In this document: piece by piece, positions 59,164-64,000 of the stretch
How the letters are laid out: each line of letters opens with the position of its first letter
Numbering within the stretch: position 1 is the first letter of the stretch
Origin: an uncultured Actinomycetota bacterium
Lineage (GTDB): Bacteria > Actinomycetota > Actinomycetes > CAWDCV01
Length of the DNA: 64,000 nucleotides
Direction of reading: 5' to 3'
NCBI GenBank assembly: GCA_963728125.1
Contig: CAVSIZ010000003.1
Location: forward strand, 11,250 to 75,249
Made by a program: the position numbers and the translations under genes
Notes under the pieces: model-generated
Seen by the model: the letters and a program-made list of their open reading frames with translations, nothing else
Database searches by the model: none
Told to the model about the DNA's origin: nothing

Positions 59164-60233
59164 CCGCGCTCCCAGAAACTCGGGCCCACGGGCTGCTGGA
59201 ACCCTTGAGCTGCTACCAAGTATCCCTCGGAGTCGACGGTGATCGCGAGCTGAGGCATGTTCCGAGCTGCCGGCCCGAAGACGACGCGCCCGCTGTCAGA
59301 GATGTCGAACGTGGACTGATGGCACGGGCACAGCAGGTGGTGGGTCTGCTGCTCGTAGAGGGAGGTTGGACAGCCCACATGGGTACAGATCTTGGAGTAG
59401 GCAAGGATGCCCTCGTGATCCCAGTTGTCTCCCTGCTGGGACACGATCTCGTCCGGGCGCAGCCGGACCAGGATGATCGCACTCTTCGCCAGCTGGTTGA
59501 GATAGTCGTTGTCGTTAACGCCCTCTTCGATCTCGGTCTGCACCTCGGGAACACAGGAGATGAGGCTGCCCACGGACAGATCGGTCGGTCGAATCGGCCG
59601 CTGGCTCACGTCGACGAGGATGCGCTGCCCTTCCACCCACAGGGTCTCCCGCAGGCGACGCTGCGGCAGGGGACCCAGATCCCCGAGGAGGAGCACCACC
59701 GGGAGCGGGAGCAGCGCCATCGCCGCCAGCAACGAGCGCCGCAGGACGGGACGGCGGATCCATGCGCTCTCGTCGACGCCGGCACGCCAGCTGTCGACGA
59801 CGGCCTGCCGCTCTTCGGCCGAGGACCGCATGGGATGCCGCTCCTGGACGTACTCATCCTCCGCCATGAGCGTCTTGGTCCAGTGGATGACTCCGGCACC
59901 GATGCAGAACAGCGCAAGGCCGAGGAAGCTCCCGAGCAGGATCGTCGACAGCTGAGTTCGAGCGATGTTGTCGTCGGACTCGCCGAGCTTGATGGCCAAA
60001 TAAGCGACGCAGAAGGCGAGAGTGGACAGCGCGGCAATGCCGAAGAGCCCGGCCACTTGCCGCTCGGCTTTCTGTGCGGCTTTGGCGTCGATCTCCTGCC
60101 GCTTCGGGCCGTGGACGTCGAACTCGGCCGGCAGGGGGTAGATCTCCTCGCCCGGCCCACCTTCGGAGTGCAGATCGGCATGGACGATGCCGCGGTCGCC
60201 CGTCTGGTCGGCCTCGCGCATCTGGTCAGTCAT
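59160..60233 (-). CDS. qcrA: cytochrome bc1 complex Rieske iron-sulfur subunit
   Basis: Rieske motifs CTHVGCP and CPCHQS, plus N-terminal TM helices. Confidence 0.9.
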   Translation of the reverse strand: MTDQMREADQTGDRGIVHADLHSEGGPGEEIYPLPAEFDVHGPKRQEIDAKAAQKAERQVAGLFGIAALSTLAFCVAYLAIKLGESDDNIARTQLSTILLGSFLGLALFCIGAGVIHWTKTLMAEDEYVQERHPMRSSAEERQAVVDSWRAGVDESAWIRRPVLRRSLLAAMALLPLPVVLLLGDLGPLPQRRLRETLWVEGQRILVDVSQRPIRPTDLSVGSLISCVPEVQTEIEEGVNDNDYLNQLAKSAIILVRLRPDEIVSQQGDNWDHEGILAYSKICTHVGCPTSLYEQQTHHLLCPCHQSTFDISDSGRVVFGPAARNMPQLAITVDSEGYLVAAQGFQQPVGPSFWERG

Positions 60234-61020
60234 GATGCACCCTTCCGGCCAGCCAGATCGCCAGGAAGATCAACGCGGGGATGCCCAGGATCCAGATTAC
60301 GGCGCCCTCTGCGACCGGACCGATCCGACCGAGACCGAGCCCGCCCGGGTTGGGCTCCTGGTCGAGCTCGCGGATCCACCGGATGATCGCCCGCTTTTCC
60401 TCCGACGTGATCGTCCCGTCGCCGAACACGGGCATCGACTGCGGGCCGGTCAGCATCGCCTCGTAGATGTGCTTCGGCGAGGAGTTCCTGATGCTGGGTG
60501 CGTACTTGCCGTTGGTCAATGCCCCGCCCTCGCCGGCGAAGTTGTGGCATTGAGAGCAGTTGGTCCGGAACAGCTCGCCGCCCTCCGTGAGGTCGGCATC
60601 CTCGTACGCCAGCTGCTCCTCCGTCGGAATGGCCGGTCCGGGACCGAGGGTCGCAACGTAGGCAGCCATCGCCGCGATCTGCTCGTCAGTGAATGTCACG
60701 GCCTTGTCCGGTGCCTGGACGCCCGGTGCGGCCAGCGGCATCCGGCCCGTACCCACCTGGAAGTCAACGGAGGCGGCACCAACCCCGATGAGCGTGGGCC
60801 CGTCGGAGCTGCCCTCACCGTTGAGGCCGTGGCAGCTGGAGCAGTTCTGCAGAAACAGCGCGCGACCCTCTTCGACCTGCTCCTGGCTAGCAGCCGAGGA
60901 CGCTTCCGCCGCGGGCGACGTCATCACCGCGGAATAGAGGGCGCCCACGATGAGCAGGGCGAGGAGCAGCACCACTCCCGCGGCCCACGGGTGCCGCCGA
61001 CGTGCGGAGAGCCAGGTCAC
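60226..61020 (-). CDS. qcrC: cytochrome bc1 complex diheme cytochrome c subunit
   Basis: ORF trimmed to GTG 61020 (VTWLSARRRHP). Two CxxCH motifs (CSSCH, CSQCH) and a C-terminal TM anchor. Confidence 0.85.
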   Translation of the reverse strand: MTWLSARRRHPWAAGVVLLLALLIVGALYSAVMTSPAAEASSAASQEQVEEGRALFLQNCSSCHGLNGEGSSDGPTLIGVGAASVDFQVGTGRMPLAAPGVQAPDKAVTFTDEQIAAMAAYVATLGPGPAIPTEEQLAYEDADLTEGGELFRTNCSQCHNFAGEGGALTNGKYAPSIRNSSPKHIYEAMLTGPQSMPVFGDGTITSEEKRAIIRWIRELDQEPNPGGLGLGRIGPVAEGAVIWILGIPALIFLAIWLAGRVHHD

Positions 61021-61057
61021 GGGCCGTCCTTTGGCAGGATTATCGAAGGGGTAGTGC

Positions 61058-61702
61058 TCACTTGAGGATGTAGATCGTCGCGAACAAACCGATCCATACG
61101 ACATCGACGAAGTGCCAGTAGTACGACACCACGATCGCGGAGATCGCCTGCTCATGGGTGAAGCGCCTCGCGGCGTAGGTCCGGCCGAGCACGAACAAGA
61201 AGGCGATGAGCCCGCCGGTGACGTGCAGACCATGGAATCCGGTGGTCAGGTAGAAGACGGAGCCGTACGCATTGGATGAGATCGACAGGCCCTCATCGAC
61301 CAGTTGGACGTACTCGTACACCTGAGCGACGACGAACACGGTGCCCATGACGAACGTGATGACGAACCAGATGCGTAGCCGGCGCACGTCGCCGCGCTCA
61401 GCGGCGAAGACCCCGAGCTGACAGGTGACCGACGACAGCACCAAGATCAGTGTGTTCACGCTGGAGTACGGGATGTTGAGCATCTCCGTGCTCTCCAGCC
61501 AGACCTCCGGTCCCTGGACCGACCGGATCGTGAAGTACATCGCGAACAGGCCCGCGAAGAACATCAGCTCCGAGGCCAGCCACACAATCGTCCCAACGCT
61601 GACCATGCTCGGCCGATCGGCCTGACCAGCAACGCGAGGCCGCTCGACGGCGGATGCTGTCGCCACGCGGTCATTATTGCGGTCATCGGGTGCAAAGGAC
61701 AT
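61058..61702 (-). CDS. ctaE: cytochrome c oxidase subunit III
   Basis: ORF 61058..62182 trimmed to ATG 61702. Has [15 protein letters not shown] and YWHFVDVVW motifs. Confidence 0.9.
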   Translation of the reverse strand: MSFAPDDRNNDRVATASAVERPRVAGQADRPSMVSVGTIVWLASELMFFAGLFAMYFTIRSVQGPEVWLESTEMLNIPYSSVNTLILVLSSVTCQLGVFAAERGDVRRLRIWFVITFVMGTVFVVAQVYEYVQLVDEGLSISSNAYGSVFYLTTGFHGLHVTGGLIAFLFVLGRTYAARRFTHEQAISAIVVSYYWHFVDVVWIGLFATIYILK

Positions 61703-61789
61703 CTCGACCCCCCGCGACGGCAGCCCCGAACAGGGAACCCCCGCTACGATTCGCCCGTCTCTTCGGATCCGGCCCGCTGAGGACCACTC

Positions 61790-62206
61790 ATGCCTGAGCA
61801 CAACGACGCGATGACGCTGCTCCTCTATAGCGACGACGCGCGCACCCGGTCCTCGGTCAAGCTCGCCGTCGGCCGCCGTCCTGCCGCCGACGTACCCCGC
61901 GTCACGTGGGTGGAGTGCGCCACCGAACCGGCTGTGATTGCCAGGGTCGACAAGGGCGGGCTCGACCTGATCCTGCTCGACGGCGAGGCCAGCCCAGCGG
62001 GTGGGATGGGTATCTGCCGCCAGCTCAAGGACGAGATCTTTCACTGCCCGCCGGTGATCGTTCTCATCGGCCGCCAGGACGATCGCTGGCTCGCCACGTG
62101 GTCGCGTGCCGACGCCGTGATCGCGTATCCGCTGGACCCGATCCGGGTGGCGGCGTCGGTCGCGGAGATGATGCGCCGCCACGCGCGCACCTCGACGGGC
62201 CAGTGA
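61790..62206 (+). CDS. atypical (pseudo-)receiver domain protein
   Basis: CheY-like pattern LLLYSDD ... LILLDGEA ... VIVLIG ... AYPLDP. The acidic pocket is present, but the conserved T/S and K positions are replaced. Confidence 0.6.
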   Translation: MPEHNDAMTLLLYSDDARTRSSVKLAVGRRPAADVPRVTWVECATEPAVIARVDKGGLDLILLDGEASPAGGMGICRQLKDEIFHCPPVIVLIGRQDDRWLATWSRADAVIAYPLDPIRVAASVAEMMRRHARTSTGQ

Positions 62207-63244
62207 CCATCGAGTTCTCCTGGCCCGCGCTGCTGTCCGCGCTGCTGCGTGGCGAACCGCTGACCGCTGACCAAACCTCCTGGGCGATGGAGGAGGTCAT
62301 GACGGGCGAAGCGACCCCGGCTCAGCTCGCCGGGTTCGTCGTCGCACTGCGGGCCAAGGGGGAGACCGCGGCGGAGGTTGCCGGCCTGGTGGCGACCATG
62401 CTCCGGCATGCCACCCGGGTCGACATTCCCGGACCCACGGTCGACACCTGCGGGACGGGCGGCGACCGCGCACACACCGTGAACATCTCCACCATGGCGG
62501 CGATCGTCGTCGCCGCGGCCGGCGGCCGGGTCGTCAAGCACGGCAACCGGGCGGCATCTTCGGCGTGCGGATCCGCCGATCTCCTCGAGGAGCTCGGTGT
62601 CGCCGTGGACCTGACCCCAAGCCGGCGTCGCGGCATGTGTGGAGGAGGCCGGGATTGGCTTCTGCTTCGCCCCGCTGTTCCACCCCGCCCTGCGACACGC
62701 GGCTGGGACACGGCGCGAGCTTGGTGTCGCGACCGTGTTCAACTTCCTCGGACCGCTGGCCAACCCGGCCCAGCCCGGTGCCCAGGCAGTCGGCGTCGCG
62801 GATGTTCGGATGGCCCCCGTCATGGCCCAGGTCCTCGCTGATCGCGGCGCCTCCGCCCTCGTCTTTCGCGGGGAGGATGGCCTGGACGAGCTCACCACGA
62901 CGGCGCCGTCCCGGGTGTGGTCCGTACGGCACCGGCAGGTGACCGAGTCGCGGATCGAGCCGGCCGAGGTCGGCCTCGAGCAGGTACCCGCTGCTGCACT
63001 GCGAGGTGCGGACGCCGCCTACAACGCCGGTGTCACCCACAAGTTCCTCGCTGGCGAGGTGGGGCCGGTGCGTGACGCCGTGCTCCTCAACGCCGCCGCC
63101 GCCCTGGTTGCGCTCGATCCAAGCGAGGAGCCGCTCGCGCCCCAGCTGATTGCCGGCATGGGCCGTGGCGCGGCGGTCGTGGATTCCGGTGCAGCCGCAG
63201 ACGTTCTGGAGCGCTGGATCGACGTCAGTCGCAGCGTCGCCTGA
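62203..63244 (+). pseudogene. trpD: anthranilate phosphoribosyltransferase, frameshift near 62620
   Basis: GTG 62203 overlaps the upstream stop (GTGA). [14 protein letters not shown] and KHGNRAASS lie in the first frame. After DLTP the protein continues in another frame as [23 protein letters not shown] (ORF 62639..63244). Confidence 0.8.
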
Positions 63245-63256
63245 CCCGCCGCTCGA

Positions 63257-63550
63257 TCAGTCGGGATCGGCGTCGTCGTAGCCGAGCGCAAACGCCGACT
63301 CGAGGTCGTGCCGTGAGTACGTGCGAAAGGCGATGTGCGTCTGAGTCGTCAGCACACCGGCCACCTTGTTGAGCCGGTCGGCGATCACGTCAGCGAGCTC
63401 GTCGTGGTGGCGTACGCGAACCATCGCGACCAGGTCCACATCGCCGGTCACCGAATAGACCTCGCTGACGCCGGGTAGGTCGGCGAGCTGCTCGGCAACC
63501 TCGGGAATGGCGTCGACCTGGGCCTTGACGAGCACGATCGCGGTGATCAC
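63257..63550 (-). CDS. Lrp/AsnC ligand-binding-domain protein (stand-alone RAM domain)
   Basis: 97 aa. MITAIVLVKAQVDAIPEVAEQLADLPGVSEVYSVTGDVDLVAMVRV. Confidence 0.8.
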   Translation of the reverse strand: MITAIVLVKAQVDAIPEVAEQLADLPGVSEVYSVTGDVDLVAMVRVRHHDELADVIADRLNKVAGVLTTQTHIAFRTYSRHDLESAFALGYDDADPD

Positions 63551-63597
63551 ACGGGCAGCGTATCGAGGGCGGTATTGACATCCCGCCGAAGCCGGGG

Positions 63598-64000
63598 TCA
63601 GCGGGCGGGCCGATGCAACGTGCGCAAGTGCCGGCGGTCATCGCGGTCCTGGGGATGCTCGGACAGGGTGTCGAGCCAGTCCCGGAGGCGGCCGGCGCCG
63701 TGCCGCGGCGAGCACCACGTCCCCTCGAGCTCCACCAGCCGGGTCCCCGGCGTCTCGAGCCACCGCAGCACGCACTCGGTCTCCTCGCTGCTCGATGCCG
63801 GCGTCGGGCCGAGGGCGGGAACGACCGTCTCCGCGGTCTCGCGGAGCGCGTCGACATGCGGGCGCGGCGGTACGCCCACGGGGACAACGCCCGCCGCCGC
63901 CAGACGCCCGTACCGCACGACCGCCAGCTCCCAGCCACGTTCCGCGGTCGGTCGCGCAGCGACCAGCTCGGGACAGCCCGTCAGGGCCTCGAGTCGCTGC
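63598..64000 (-). CDS. C-terminal part of an Rv2191-like DEDD exonuclease / GIY-YIG family protein (5' end outside window)
   Basis: The frame is open to the window edge. ...ELVAARPTAERGWELAVVRYGRLAAAGVVPVGVPPRPHVDALRETAE...ECVLRWLETPGTRLVE matches my recollection of the conserved tail of this family next to trpD. Confidence 0.5.
   Translation of the reverse strand, partial: QRLEALTGCPELVAARPTAERGWELAVVRYGRLAAAGVVPVGVPPRPHVDALRETAETVVPALGPTPASSSEETECVLRWLETPGTRLVELEGTWCSPRHGAGRLRDWLDTLSEHPQDRDDRRHLRTLHRPAR

Noticed and set aside
57835-60386. Long forward ORFs (57835..59208 and 59205..60386) opposite qcrB and qcrA
   Set aside because: The reverse strand encodes cytochrome b and the Rieske protein with diagnostic motifs. 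The forward products are compositionally biased.

Overview
Very GC-rich (about 70% by eye) chromosomal segment of an actinobacterium. Gene order follows the conserved block known from Mycobacterium tuberculosis as Rv2220 to Rv2191: glnA, DUF4191, lipA, lipB, SDR, sucB/dlaT, pepA, gcvT, cobS/cobT, DUF3043, glycerate kinase, erpA, adoK-like kinase, ctaC/D/F, qcrCAB, ctaE, trpD, Rv2191-like exonuclease. I support about 65 protein-coding genes. I found no rRNA, tRNA or CRISPR array by eye. Lineage-specific insertions interrupt the core block: (i) MMPL transporter, S51 peptidase, FAD oxidoreductase and an atypical Ser/Thr kinase (3.3-9.0 kb). (ii) A translationally coupled cAMP pair, made of a TLC/MFS-HEAT-cNMP-binding membrane protein and a class III cyclase-STAND protein with a degraded TPR tail (13.9-19.3 kb). 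(iii) A second MMPL with a coupled VOC gene and a divergent NarL-type two-component system (19.3-23.8 kb). (iv) A frameshifted DUF222/HNH (REP13E12-like) gene behind an AT-rich leader (23.8-25.2 kb). (v) A DUF3043, PspA, PspAA-like, HtpX and PspAB-like envelope-stress cluster (39.0-42.4 kb). (vi) The most unusual locus: a translationally coupled operon of two ORC/Cdc6-like AAA+ ATPases plus a winged-helix module in the erpA to adoK interval (47.6-49.7 kb). It has an AT-rich promoter and short AT-rich inverted repeats at both borders. Caveat: several otherwise conserved genes (adoK-like, L,D-transpeptidase, qcrB C-terminus, trpD, HNH gene, cyclase tail, and probably the ORC-like/wHTH junction) are broken by 1-nt frameshifts. 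Assembly indel errors are therefore a serious alternative to real pseudogenes. Many long ORFs in the track are antisense or N-terminally over-extended shadow ORFs typical of high-GC DNA and were not called.
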